Below are positions 1 to 11,944 of a stretch of DNA of 60,000 nucleotides, in pieces. Position 1 is the first letter of the stretch. Each line of letters starts with the position of its first letter. Position numbers and translations under genes: made by a program. The stretch is from Malacoraja senta. Taxonomy: Eukaryota. The stretch is from positions 20,462,001-20,522,000 of the forward strand of contig CM075987.1 of the NCBI GenBank assembly GCA_038087875.1, in the 5' to 3' direction. The notes under the pieces are model-generated. The model was not told the DNA's origin, made no database searches, and worked only from the letters and a program-made list of their open reading frames with translations.

Positions 1-946
1 AATATCCTGTTGATGTTCAGCTGAGTGAAGGACCTTGCAGCAAAACCAAAGGAACCTGCAGAGTCAATAAAATATTGAGGTGTACTGCTGTGTGTGTCCA
101 TTTATCTCCAGTCTCCTGTACGCAGCTCAAGGCAACTCAAGCACATTAACCTGTAAATAATGAATAGGCATGGAGGTTTTAGGCTGCAGCCTGAGACATG
201 ACTTGCACAGTCAAAATTCTCCTCAACAGCTTTATGTAAAAATAACTACAGCGATCTTCGTGCACAAGCAGTGACCCTGGGGCTGGTGATTAGAAAACCA
301 GGCCCTTTAACATTCAAATCAGAGCTTTCTCACAGTTTTCATCAAATCTGGTATTTTGGCATAGTGGGGGGACTAATTCATTTTGATATAACAAAAAGTG
401 GATATAACAAAAAGCAATTGGATATAACAGGTGGATATAACAAAAAGCAATAAATCCTTGTTACAGCTCAACTTTAGAAAAAATAGTAGGCTCATTTGTG
501 TTGTGTGTGCAAGTTAATATTGATCTTCCCAAATCAAACAATTTGTTGCAGCGGATAGAAACTTTCCAAATGACAGCGGTTTTCTTGAAAGCAACTCATT
601 TTGTTTGCCTGTCCAAATTTGGCTCCAAACAATTAAAAATATTTTTGTCTAAATGTGTTCTGCTGAAAGGTCATCTGCCCGAAACATTGATGATATTTCT
701 CTCTCCACCGATGCTACCCAACTCCTGAACCTTTCCAGCAGTTTGTTTTAGTTCACGATTCCACAGTGGTGTGTGCAAGCGTGTGTGTGAAAATCATAGT
801 CTCATATCAGGCAGAAACAGGCTACGCAGTCCATCACACCCGAGTCAGGCTAATTAATCTCTCCTTCCCTGCTTCCAAGTATCCAATTGTCTTCCTTTCG
901 GCAATCCATATCCAATCACAGCTCAAACCATCAAACTAATTCTCCA

Positions 947-1879
947 GGCTCGCACCAGGGTCTCTGCCATACCCCGCAACACTGCTCTCTCTCCCCATCC
1001 CCCCACTCACAACAAAGGCAGAGTCCCCCTAGTCCTCACCTTTCACCCCACCAGCCGTCACATACAACAAGTGATCCTCCGTCAGTTTCGCCACCTCCAA
1101 CGTGACCCCACCACTCGCCACATCTTCCCATCTCCCCCTATGTCTGCCTTCCGCAAAGACCGCTCCCTCCGTAACTCCCTTGTCAATTCTTCCCTTCCCT
1201 CCCATACCACCCCCTCCCCTGGTACTTTCCCTTGCAACCGCAAGAGATGCAACACTTGTCCCTTCACTTCCCCCCTCCACTCCATTCCAGGACCCAAGCA
1301 GTCGTTCCAGGTGCGACAGAGGTTCACCTGCATCTCCTCCAACCTCATCTATTGCATTCGCTGCTCTAGATGCCAGCTGATCTACATCGGTGAGACCAAG
1401 CGGAGGCTTGGCGATCGTTTCGCCGAACACCTCCGGTCGGTCCGCAATAACCAACCTGAACTCCCGGTGGCTCAGCACTTCAACTCCCCCTCCCATTCCG
1501 TATCTGACCTCTCTGTCCTGGGTCTCCTCCATGGCCACAGCGAGCAACACCGTAAATTGGAGGAAATGCACCTCATATTCCGCTTGGGCAGTCTACACCC
1601 TGGTGGCCTGAACGTTGAATTCTCCCAATTCTGCTAGCCCTGGCTGTCCCCTCCCCTTCATCAGCCATCTGGTTGTCTCCTCCCCTCCCCCAACCCTCGG
1701 GCTCCTCCTCCTCCTTTTCCTTTTTTCCTTTCTTCTCCCCACCCCCTATCAGTCTGAAGAAGGGTTTCGGCCCGAAACGTTACCTATTTCCTTCGCTCCA
1801 TAGATGCTGCTGCACCCGCTGAGTTTCTCCAGCATTTTTGTGTACCTTCGATTTTCCAGCATCTGCAGTTCCTTCTTTA
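947..1879 (+). mobile_element. 5'-truncated Penelope-like retroelement (GIY-YIG endonuclease end plus terminal repeat) in an SH3GLB2 intron
   Basis: Open frame 948-1637 with PLVLTFHP, Cys cluster CNRKRCNTC and NLIYCIRCSRCQLIYIGETKRRLGDRFAEH (GIY-YIG). Flanked by a perfect 14-bp duplication AAACTAATTCTCCA at 933-946 and 1880-1893. Confidence 0.93.
1752..1783 (+). ncRNA. Minimal type I hammerhead ribozyme motif in the Penelope terminal repeat
   Basis: GT-CTGAAGA-A-GGGT TTCG GCCC-GAAA-CG-TT-AC: core CUGANGA, stem II with UUCG loop, GAAA, palindromic ACGU and a UH site. Confidence 0.7.
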
Positions 1880-2269
1880 AAACTAATTCTCCATCTGCCT
1901 TGGTGTTTTTTTTAATCAATTATCATAAATCTGTCATCTGGTTACTTAACATCTTCACAATGTAAAAGAACATTATTCCTGTGTACTTTTCCAAATGCCC
2001 TTGTGTATTCGTTTTATTGATGGATTGAAAGTTTGGCTGCCTTTGGGAGGATTAATCACCAGCATTTTACTCAACTGCTGGTTTATCATAAAGGTGATCC
2101 CTTGAGGCTGTTACAGAGCAAACCTCCACACTCTCAGGCTGAGCAGTGCGCCTATCCGGATTTGTAAAAATTAACTTGAAATGTTTCAGTAATCCAATTC
2201 TGAAACAACAACCCACCAGATTCTGCCCCTTAATGTTCAGCAGCAACAGCAGGATCCTAGGCAGTGATC

Positions 2270-2620
2270 ATTGCCACAGAGTTTTGGTGTTGGTTGCACC
2301 AAGTTTCAGTGAGTCCCTCAGCATGCTCTCCTGCAGTCTGGAATGGGCCAGTCGGCAACATTCCCTGACGGACGGCTCACTGCGCTGGGAGGCCGACACG
2401 TTTCAGGCAGGCCAAAGAGCGTCTTTCACCAAGTTGATGATCTTCCGGCAGCACTTGGTGCCCGTCTACGAATGTGCCCCTGGAAACAGCCTGTAAATCA
2501 AAAGGTCCTCAACAGTCTCTTCTTTGTGGCGGGAGGAAGATTTTGACGGAACAGGAAGGACGTGCCTGGGAGGGTGGTCCCTCACCAAGTGAGGTCTTGG
2601 TGCTTGTTGCTGAGTTTGTG
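2270..2620 (-). mobile_element. Degenerate Tx1/L1-clade LINE ORF2 C-terminal fragment
   Basis: Minus strand reads KLSNKHQDLTW* ... LIYRLFPGAHS*TGTKCCRKIINLVKDALWPA*NVSASQRSEPSVRECCRLAHSRLQESMLRDSLKLGA, with internal stops. Resembles fish Tx1-type ORF2 ends. Confidence 0.65.
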
Positions 2621-3104
2621 CCAGAGAAACTGTAGATGTAAACAGTTTTATTCAGTGCAAGAAGCAGCCACTACAGAGGAGACCTGGGAGAATATCTCAG
2701 TAGAATCTCCCTGAAATCAAAGAACATTGAAATCTTATACTCTTTAAACACAAAGATAACAGTAGGCGATTGCAATTATAACAATTGAAATTGTATTCAT
2801 AGTTTACTTCATTATTTTGAGTGCAGGCAAATTGTTCCATGCAATTACAGTGAGACATCTAACTGACAGGACACATCAAACAGCTTTGTTGAGACAAAAT
2901 AGTTCTCATCAATATTCTAAAAGCTTCTGAGCACAGAAGCTCAGAACAAATTTGACTATGAATATGATAGACACACAACGCTGGTGTAACTCAGTGGGTC
3001 AGGCAGCATTGTCTGGAAAAAATGAATAGTGACGTTTTGGGGCGGGACCCTTCTTTTGACTATGACAATGTTTGATGTGTTAAAATGGCAATGACTGGAA
3101 GCTT

Positions 3105-3513
3105 CCTTCATCTCAGTCTCGCTATGAAGGCCAACATGCCATTTGCTTTCTTCACTGCCTGCTGCACCTGCATGATTACTTCCAGTGACTGATGTACAAG
3201 GAAATGCAGGAACAATAGACAATAGACAACAGACAATAAGTGCAGGAGAAGGCCATTTGGCCCTTCGAGCCAGCACCGCCATTCAATGTGATCATGGCTG
3301 ATCATCCCCAATCAGTACCCCGTTCCTGCCTTCTCCCCATATCCCCTGACTCCGCTATCTTTAAGAGCCCTATCTAGCTCTCTCTTGAAAGCATCCAGAT
3401 AACCTGTCTCCACCGCCCTCTGAGGCAGAGAATTCCACAGACTCACCACTCTCTGTGAGAAAAAGTGTTTCCTCGTCTCCGTTCTAAATGGCTTACTCCT
3501 TATTCTTAAACTG
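3105..3513 (-). mobile_element. CR1 LINE fragments (RT C-terminal piece, 3' end and UTR)
   Basis: QVQQAVKKANGMLAFIAR fragment; CR1 3'UTR (GGCTCGAAGGGCCAAATGGCCT) with an (ATTGTCT)n tail. Confidence 0.85.
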
Positions 3514-4759
3514 GGCGAGCAGTAGGATGTGGTGAGCAGAGGATTGAGCCAGAGCTAGTTCTGAGTAGTGGTCTGCTATGAAAGTTTCATGGCTACAAAA
3601 GATGGAGTGAGGTTCGGGGGCACTGGTAACAGAGAAGTAAGCGTAGCCTGTATTGCAGTGAGGAAAGGAAAAGCCCACACTGATGAAAGGTTCGTTGAGT
3701 TGAATGCTTAGCTCGGACACCAGGGGATTTGAAGAATCTAAGTAGATCCAGCAAGGGGATGGCATTAATGATAATAGTTTGCTAACCTTTGATGTATTTA
3801 TGCAAGGCAGTCCTGTTCGATTAATGATGTTGAAGTATAGCAGCTGGCTAAACAGGATATATTTCAGGGGTTGTGTGCTTTCATGGCTTAAATGATTTCT
3901 CATTTGATGGAATTAGAGACTTCTACAGCACAAAGAAGCCATTTCAGGCTGTGCTCTGCATAAGCCTCCTGCCATCTGGTTAGTGTCTTTGAATATGTTT
4001 GATAAATGCAACTGTAAACTTCATTCAACAATCAATAATGCCCTGAGTCCCACCATAGTGGACGGCACTGTACATTTTGTAGATGATAAATTTTAGGAAT
4101 ATCAATTTTATATCCACTTATCTCCTGGATAATCTCAAAACATTTAATTCCTGCCTGTGACCTGCACAAAGTCTGGTCGAGCAACTCTCACAGGGCTGCT
4201 CTGTGTCTTTTGGATTTGATGTTGCATTGCAGGGTCCAAATAGAAAGCCAAGCATTCAGCCCGCTGGGTACAAGTCCGAATCATCTTCAGCTGCGCTCAA
4301 TAAAGTCAACTCCTCTCCTCCCAAGATAAATGAGCTGTGGCTGTGACGAATTATGAAGCTGGGCTTTGTATCAGAAGATGAGGTAGAAAGGGCACAGGAC
4401 TGGTTTGCTCAAACTCTGCCCGAGTAAACGCAACAGGCACTACTCTCAAAAGTGGGAAGTTTTGATCGTTTCAGTGTCAAGTCAAGTTTATTTGTCACAT
4501 ACGCATACGAGATGTGCAGTGAAATGAAAAGTGGCAATGCTTGCGGATTATGCAAAAAAAAACTACAAAACAGAATCAAAAGTTCCAACAAGCTAGGATG
4601 GGTCGCCTCCAACAATTCTAGACCATATAACACTATATATAATACTATTTCTGAAATCTTTATACCTGCAAATTAGCTGCTGGTCTCACCCTCAAAAGCT
4701 GCTTGAACTCCTGGACTCCAGGAGAGTCTATCAGAAAGCAGCTTTCCTTTCATTGCAGA

Positions 4760-5440
4760 TGTATAGGACTTTGATTAGGCAGCATTTGGAGTTATGTGTA
4801 CAATTCTGGTTGCCCCATTACAGGAAGAATGTGGAGGCCTTGGGGAGGTTTTAGAAGAGGTTTACCATAATGCTGCCTGGATTAGAAGGTATTCGCTAAA
4901 AGGAGAGAGCGAACAAACTTGGATTGTTTTTTCTGGTATGTCGGAGGCTGAGGGAGACCTGATAGATGTGCACAAAATTATAAGAGGCACAGATAGGATT
5001 GACAGTCACAGCATCTTTTCCTCGGGTGGTAATGTCAAAGACTAGAGGGTATAGCTCAATGGGGCAACATTTAAAGATGTGCATGACAATTTATTTTTAC
5101 TGAAGATAGGCACAAAATGCTGGACTCAGCGGGACAGGCAGCATCTCTGGAGAGAAGGAATGGGTGATGTTTTGGGTCGAGACCATTCTTCAGACTGCTA
5201 AGGACTGCAGTTCCTTCCTGCACAAGTGTCTTTGCACAGAGTGGTGTGTTCCTGGAATGCACTGACAAGGGTGGTGGTGGAGACAGATATGATAATGGCA
5301 TTTGAGGCTTTTAGATAGGCACATGGATATGTAGGGATATTGATCATGTGCAGGCCAAGGAGATCAGTTTCATTGGGCATCCTGTTCAGCACAGGCATTA
5401 TGGGCCGAAGGGCCTGTCCAGTGCTGTTCTGTTCTCTGTC
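4760..5440 (+). mobile_element. Old CR1 3' fragment interrupted by a Penelope-derived short repeat (about 5101-5220)
   Basis: Degenerate CR1 motifs (GDLIDVHKIIRG, GGGCCGAAGGGCCTG 3'UTR) resume after the insert. Confidence 0.75.
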
Positions 5441-5769
5441 CTAAATGAAGCTGCCAGATAATGACAGTCAGGTCACTGTAAAAGGCAGGAAAGGGAAATG
5501 TGGCAACGTTCAAAATAGAAAATGGTTCAGATGATAGGAGAACCACTTGAAACAGTTACTCTGTCTCTCTCTCCACAGATGTTGCCTGACCTGCTCATCA
5601 TTTCCAGCATTTTCTGTTTTTATTTCAAACTCCCAGTATTTGCAGTTGGGGGAGATACCAGGTAGACAATTACTCTGACACATTCAGGCTATGGTAAACT
5701 CACGTTGAAAGGCAAACTCAGCGGTTTATTAACAGATAAAAATAAAGTTCATAGTCCATACGTTCTGGG

Positions 5770-6195
5770 AGAAGAATTAGGCCATTCGGCCCATCAATTT
5801 TACTCTGCCATTCAATCATGTCTGATCTATCTTTCCCTCTGATCCCCATTCTCCTGCCTTAATTCCATAACCTCTGACACCCATACTATTCAAGAATTTG
5901 TCAATCTCCACCTTAAAAATATCCAGTGGCTTGGCCTCCACAGCCATCTGTGGCAATGAATTCCACAGATTCACCACCACCTGACTAAACAAATTACTCC
6001 TCATCTCCTTTCTAAAGGTATGTCCTTTTGTTCTGAGGCTATGGCCTCTGGTCCTAGACCCTCCCACTGCTGGAAACATCCTCTCCACATCCACTCTATC
6101 CAAGCCTTTCACTATTCGGTAAGTTTCAATGAGGTGCCCCCTCATCCTTCTAAACTCCAGCGAGTACAGGCCCAGTGCCTTCAAACACTCATCAT
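5770..6195 (-). mobile_element. CR1 LINE 3' fragment
   Basis: LGLYSLEFRRMRGHLIETYRIVKGLDRVD...VVNLWNSLP followed by the CR1 3'UTR. Confidence 0.9.
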
Positions 6196-6385
6196 AAAAA
6201 AAGGAATGGTTCTTGTGGTGCTGGGGGTCTCGGGCCTGTCCCAGCAGCTCAGTCTTGCTCCGAGCCTGCAAAGAGAGGCTCAGTTAGTAGGGAGTCCTCC
6301 GCTCTCTCCGTGGCTGCACCTGCCTTGGTTTTTAAGGAGTGGGGCTGACGAGGTGCAGGGGAGTTGATGCAACCCTGGCTAATTG

Positions 6386-6590
6386 TGTTGGAAGGAACGG
6401 CAGATACTGGTTTGAACCGAAGATAGACACAAAATGCTGGAGTAACTCAGCGGGACAAGCAGCATCTCTGGATAGAAAGAATGGGTGACATGTTGGGTCT
6501 GAAGAAGGGTCTCGACCCGAAACGTTACCCATTCCTTCTCACCAGAGACGCTGCCTGTCCCGCTGAGTTACTCCAGCGTTTTGTGTCTAA
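6386..6590. mobile_element. Fold-back Penelope-derived short element with hammerhead motif and 12-bp TSD
   Basis: Arms at about 6424-6490 and 6524-6589 are reverse complements. CCTGGCTAATTG is duplicated at 6374-6385 and 6591-6602. Confidence 0.85.
6495..6530 (+). ncRNA. Minimal type I hammerhead ribozyme motif (best-paired copy)
   Basis: GGGT-CTGAAGA-A-GGGT CTCG ACCC-GAAA-CG-TT-ACCC: 4-bp stem I, 4-bp stem II and an intact core. Confidence 0.72.
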
Positions 6591-6884
6591 CCTGGCTAAT
6601 TGGATGCAGCTGCTGCCCCTTTGTGGCCTCAGCTCAGTCACATAATATTGTTGCTTTTCAACTGTCTTGGACTCTTGTTGGCCAAGTGTTGCATTTGATA
6701 ATTTGCAAATGATTGGCTTTATTTGCTAATCAATAATATATTTTTTCATTTATTCATCCATTTTACATAATGGATTAATTTTTGACATCATCTGATTTAA
6801 AAGCTTGCCATTACCATATTAGTTTTATATAAATGCTGCATACTTTTAATTTATTCGTATGATCAAACTGCATGAAAATGTGTT

Positions 6885-7205
6885 TATAGTTTAGTTCATG
6901 GTCACATGTATCGAGGTACAGTGAAAAGCTTTTGTTGTGGGATATCCAGTCAGTAGAAAGAGTATACATGATTACAATCAAGCTGTCCAGAGTGTACAGA
7001 TACATGATAAAGGGAATAACATTTAGTGCAAGGTAAAGTCCGATTAAAGATAGGCTGAGGGTCTCCAGCGAGGCAGATAGTAGCTCAGTGCCGCTCTCAA
7101 GTTGTTGATGGGATGATTCAGTTGTCTGATAACAGCTGGAGGAATCTGTCCCTGAATGTGGAGGTGTATGTTTTCACACTTCTGTACCTCTTGCCTGATG
7201 GGAGT
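6885..7205 (-). mobile_element. Rex1/Babar-like LINE 3' end
   Basis: Minus strand PSGKRYRSVKTYTSTFRD, similar to the Rex1/Babar C-terminal motif LPSGRRYRS...RFRDSFFP, followed by a 3'UTR. Confidence 0.6.
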
Positions 7206-8119
7206 GGAGAGAACAGGGAGTGACCGGGGTGAGGTGAGTGAGATTGAAATATTTGGGATGATGAATGTGTGCCTGTGTGGACCTTTTGTGAATATGGTGA
7301 ATTCTGGAAAGATTAGAATCAGCCGTGGTACTTTTGGAGAAAGGGTGGAAGCATATGTGTTAATGGTGGACTGGGAGCATTTGCTGCTAGTGGGTGAACT
7401 GTTACAGCATCATTGCTCTCTGACTACAAACCTTATGATGCAGGGAAGGATGGAACAGGAATAGCGTGGTGGCAGGCTAATGAAAATGATAGACTTGGTT
7501 TCTGTTTGTTCATCCCTTGCCCTGAGTATCCTTTCTCTGAGTATCACTGGCCATAGATACCATGCATTGAGCAAAATTCATACCTTCCCCAGCATTCCCT
7601 GCAAGAGGAACAAAGTGAGTGTGTGAAACTGGGGAACAGTGACAAGTGAGAAACCTCTTGATGCAAAGCGAAAGAAAATCCAGAACTGCAAAAATAACAC
7701 ATTGTGGCCCCTCTGGGTACGGGTGATGTTTATGCTCCAAACTTGCCCTCCTGTGTAACCTCTTCTTCAGCTGTGTGTCATCCACCCTGCCCTTAAAGGC
7801 ACCAGCGTTATTTGCCTCAACTCATCTTCACAGCACAGAGATCATTGTTTTTTGCCACTTGCTGAGTAAAGTGACATTCCCTCTTTGCCTTATTTTACTT
7901 ATTTGTGACTTTTTTTGTATTTATATCCCTGGTCTTTACCTGTCCCACAGGCAGAAGTAGCTTCTCTACGCCAGCATAATGGAACCCTCTGCTGGGCATT
8001 GTGTCACCTACTTCTTGCCTTAACCTGGAGCAATATTCAGAAGCGCGGGTTGCCGGAGTGTTTAAAAATGCACATGCATTGTTTGAATTGAAATCTCCTG
8101 CATTCTCTGTTTCTCTTTA

Positions 8120-8478
8120 CCTCTCCACCATCTACCCTTCCCCCCCCTCCCCCTGCCTCTTCACCATCTAAACTCCCCCCTCCTCTCCACCACCTAACCT
8201 CCCCTCGCCCCTCCACCATCTACTCTCCTCTACTCCGCCTCCATCTAACCTCCCCCGCCTCTCCCATCTACCCCTCCCCCCGCCCGCCTATCCACCATCT
8301 ACCCTCCCCCTGCCTCCGCCCCTCCACCATCTACCCTCCCCGCCCCTCCACTATCTAAACTCCCCCCCGCCTCTCCGCCACCTACCCCCATCCCCCACCT
8401 CTCCACCATCTACCCTCCCCCGCCTCTCCCAATCTACCCCCGCACCTCGCCACTCCACAATCTATCTTCCCTCCGCAT
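8120..8478. repeat. C-rich imperfect minisatellite (unit about 25-28 bp, CCACCATCTACCCTCCCCCGCCTCT-like)
   Basis: About a dozen degenerate tandem units are directly visible. Confidence 0.9.
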
Positions 8479-8593
8479 TATGCACAAAGTATAAGACTGT
8501 ACGGGAGATCTTTGCATAATCCAGCTGGTGCTTTGTGCAGCTGAGGTGGAGAGGACAGATATCCACGTGTAACACTGTCCATTACTACCTCAG

Positions 8594-8727
8594 GCAGCAC
8601 TCTGATCAAGGTTGGGGAGGCACAGCGACGCCTGGGAGCTGCCGATCGTGATTTCATTCAATCTTCCATGATTAACTTCCTGACTCCACTCCGTAACTTC
8701 CTGGAAGGTGACTGGAAGACCATATTG
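8594..8727 (+). CDS. SH3GLB2: Endophilin B2 coding exon (BAR domain), 134 nt; first SH3GLB2 exon found in the window
   Basis: ctcag|GC AGC ACT CTG ATC AAG...ACC ATA TTG|gtgagt. Translates STLIKVGEAQRRLGAADRDFIQSSMINFLTPLRNFLEGDWKTIL, matching the endophilin B motif FLTPLRNFLEGDWKTI. Confidence 0.96.
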
Positions 8728-9111
8728 GTGAGTTTTGCACAATTGCCACCACGTCCCATTCCCACCGCTAGGGCCAGTGAAAGGCTAACTCCCTTGTCCA
8801 TGTCCGTGGCATTATGGCAGTCCCAGTCTTATTGGGATTGTTAAAATCCCCTACTATGCCAAACCTGTTAGGCTTGCAGCTGCCTGCAATCTCCTGGCAC
8901 ATTTGTTTTTGGCAGACATTGTCCCGTCTCCACTCTTCTCTAAGCGTCCTCTCCCAGCGTTCTCTCCCAGCATTCTCTCCCATACTACAAACAATCAGTT
9001 TGAAGAAAGATCCCTTCCCAACATGTCGCCTGTCCATTCCCTCCACATATGTTGCCTAACCTGCTGAGTTAATCCAGCACTTTCTATTTTGCTGTCAAGC
9101 TGTAACTGACT

Positions 9112-9400
9112 TTGGTGCAGGAGTAGGCCATTCAGCCCTTCGAGCCCGCACTGCCATTCAATATGATCATGGCTGATCATCCAAAAACAGTACCCCATTC
9201 CTGCTTTTCCCCCATATCCCTTGATTCCGTTAGCCCTAAGAGCTAAATCTAACTCTCCCTTGAAAACATCCAGTGAATTGGCCTCCACTGCCTTCTGTGC
9301 AGGGAATTCCACAGATTCACAACTCTCTGGGTGAAAATGTTTTTCCTCATCTCAGTCCTAAATGGCCGACCCCTTGTTCTTAAATCGTGACCCCTGGTCC
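9112..9400 (-). mobile_element. CR1 LINE 3' fragment ending about 45 nt before an SH3GLB2 exon
   Basis: AVEANSLDVFKGELDLALRANGIKGYG followed by the CR1 3'UTR. Confidence 0.85.
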
Positions 9401-9446
9401 CGCATGCAGATGATGGATGCTTTTCTGCTTTGTTTTTAACGTGCAG

Positions 9447-9539
9447 AGGGAGAGAAGACTCTTGGAGAACAGACGATTGGACCTGGACGCCAGCAAGACC
9501 CGATTAAAGAAAGCAAAGGCAGCCGAGGCCAAGGCAGCA
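9447..9539 (+). CDS. SH3GLB2: Endophilin B2 coding exon, 93 nt
   Basis: gtgcag|AGG GAG AGA...GCA GCA|gtaggt. Translates RERRLLENRRLDLDASKTRLKKAKAAEAKAA, in frame with the previous exon. Confidence 0.96.
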
Positions 9540-9834
9540 GTAGGTCGCTTACTTTTCAATCCTTCGCAAGGATTCATTTACTCTCCTGAGTGTTCTGGCA
9601 GCGCGTGCATGTTTTCAGATGTGGCCATAAGCCGAGATACTTAACTAGAGGCTGCATCTCTTCATCAGTGCTGATTGTTCATACTCTGAGAGCTAATGTA
9701 TTTGCATGAGTCTCTCTTTCCCCATTCATTGTTCAATAACATTTGAATAACATCTCTAATTCCATGTCACAACTACATTGTTCCCAGTCGTCCTTTACTG
9801 ACTAATGTTTTTTTTTCTGTTGTGTCCTGCACAG

Positions 9835-9846
9835 TGTGAGGGAGAA
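9835..9846 (+). CDS. SH3GLB2: Endophilin B2 12-nt microexon (CEGE)
   Basis: Branch-like TGACTAAT, poly-T tract, then tcctgcacag|TGTGAGGGAGAA|gtaagt. Phase 0/0. Resembles the CEGD insert I recall in mammalian SH3GLB2 isoforms. Confidence 0.85.
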
Positions 9847-11169
9847 GTAAGTACTTGTTGGTTGAACTGCTACTTTCTCTGGTCTAATTTTCCATAACAA
9901 TCCAGAAGTGATTTTTTTTTTTAAAGAATTGATTTGTTGCCTGGCTGCTACTCTGAACCACAGTTGGTCTGATGAGACTTTTGCAGGAGCAGCTACAGAA
10001 AGTCAGGGGATGTCCAAGCTGCATTCCTCCTCATGAATGAGTTGAACCACTGTGTGTTTCTGCAGTAGCCTTGAGGAGGGTGTGGAGGTGGGCTTTAGTG
10101 GCCGCGATCAGTGGAGATGTGCTGAGAGCTGCAACTCATTAGATCTTCCATTCTTCATAGGTTCTGGGAGCAGAATTGGGCCATTCAGCCCATCAAGTCT
10201 ACTCCTCCATTCAATCATGTCTGATCCATCTTTCCCTCTCAACCCCATTCTCCTGCCTTCTCCCCATAACCACTGACACGCTTACTAATCAAGAACGATA
10301 CAGAGTCTGATTGGAGCTTCCCCCACCCCTCCTGACATTGGCAGTAATCAGTGTTGCTGATCTGCATGCCTACTCATTGATACCAGAGCTGATGGAGAAC
10401 ACAAAGAGCCTCTGAGGTTGTTTTTATTTGAAAGAAAGTTCTCTAACTGCATGAAGTAGAAATTGAGAAAGATTTATTAACTAGCTGCAGTCATCAATTT
10501 TCTTCCTTTACAGTCCTACAGTTCCTCTTTAATCTCAACACCAGCCCCTTAACCAGGATCAAGGATTCCAACTCAAGACCCAGCAACATGCCTGAAAGAT
10601 AAATTTGACTATATTTGGGGGGGGTGATAATATGTGGAAAGACACTAATTACATTGGTGCATGCACCCCTACTATACTTAATAATGACATGGTAGAACCC
10701 TGCCTTCGTATATCCCCTTCCGAATCTTCTTCTTTCGAGTCCATCCTGTTACAAATGTTGACCTCGCTGTCATCGTCCGTTGACAATCAGTGGGAGCCAT
10801 CACTTGTCGCAATAGGTGATGGTGGTAGCAGAATTAGCTCAGGATACTTCCAGTTTCCAGCCCCGCGACGTGGACCCTTCCCAATGATCCCCCATAAATC
10901 AGACTGGTGTAATAGAACCTTAAACCTCAAGAGTCTTTCCATTGTACAATATTTTTATGCTCCAACACTGATGGGGGTATTAGGAGATGTGAATTAATCA
11001 GTTTCAAAATGGATTCCATTTTCATGCCCTTTTGCTTCTTAATTTTGTTTCATTTCCTTCAGTGGAGATGCCAAACCGGGGTAAAAAGCTCACAATTAAC
11101 GATAATGCTCCTTGATATAACGGTCTGGAAAGTTTAGGATTTGCCCTACATGTTCAAGTGATGGTGATG

Positions 11170-11515
11170 GCCAGCTTGTTCCATATGCCCACTGCTCTCT
11201 GCTTGAAAAGGTTGCCCCTTGGGTTCCTATTAAATCTTTCCCCTCTCATCTTAAAACTATGTCCTCTGGTTCTTGATTCCCCTACCCTGAGTAAAAGACT
11301 GAATTCACTGTACCCACTCCCCCCATGATTTCACACTTCTATAACATCACCCCTTAACCTCATGCACCAAGGAGTAAAGTCCTTGGTTGCCAAACTGCTC
11401 CCTAAAGCTCAGGCCCTCAAGTCCTGGGATCATAAATCTTTTCTGCATTCTTTCCAGCTTGCTGACATCCTTTCTATAGCAAGGTGACCAAAACTGAACA
11501 CCTATACTCCCAAGT
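11170..11515 (-). mobile_element. Degenerate CR1 fragment
   Basis: Similar to the 3' part of the 12.9-13.4 kb CR1 (ggttcctattaaatctttcccctctc...). Confidence 0.75.
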
Positions 11516-11944
11516 CCCTGGATCTTGAACCAAATTTCAGGTCAGTTTAGTTGAAGTTAAATATGTGATTTGAGCAATAGCTGTAAACTATAACACTGAC
11601 CTGCAGCTATCATTGGGGGGCACAGATTTTCCATCCAACAGTATTATCCCTTTGTAGAAACCCGATTCATTCCTTGGAGGCCCACCACTCCACACTGCTC
11701 TACTCCTCGATGCTTTGATTAAACTAAGCACAGTGTGGATTAGGATTTCTTGGACATCTTTCACTCATAGTGTGTGCCACACAATATCAATTGAGTCCAG
11801 TTCCTCTGCACATCTGCAGGCCTGATCCTGTTTTCTGGTTTGGAGCCAGCGTACCTTTCAAGTTTGAAGTGACCTTCCTCGTTAAGCACGTCCTCAGATA
11901 TTTTGCATGTTTTTTTTCTGTAAAATTCTCTTCCCGCCTTGTAG

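Noticed and set aside
1029..1571. 180-aa minus-strand ORF
   Set aside because: Antisense shadow of the Penelope GIY-YIG frame, with no independent protein features.
1..8593. Upstream SH3GLB2 exons (EEFLYEKLDRK region)
   Set aside because: Searched by eye and not found; presumably 5' of the window.
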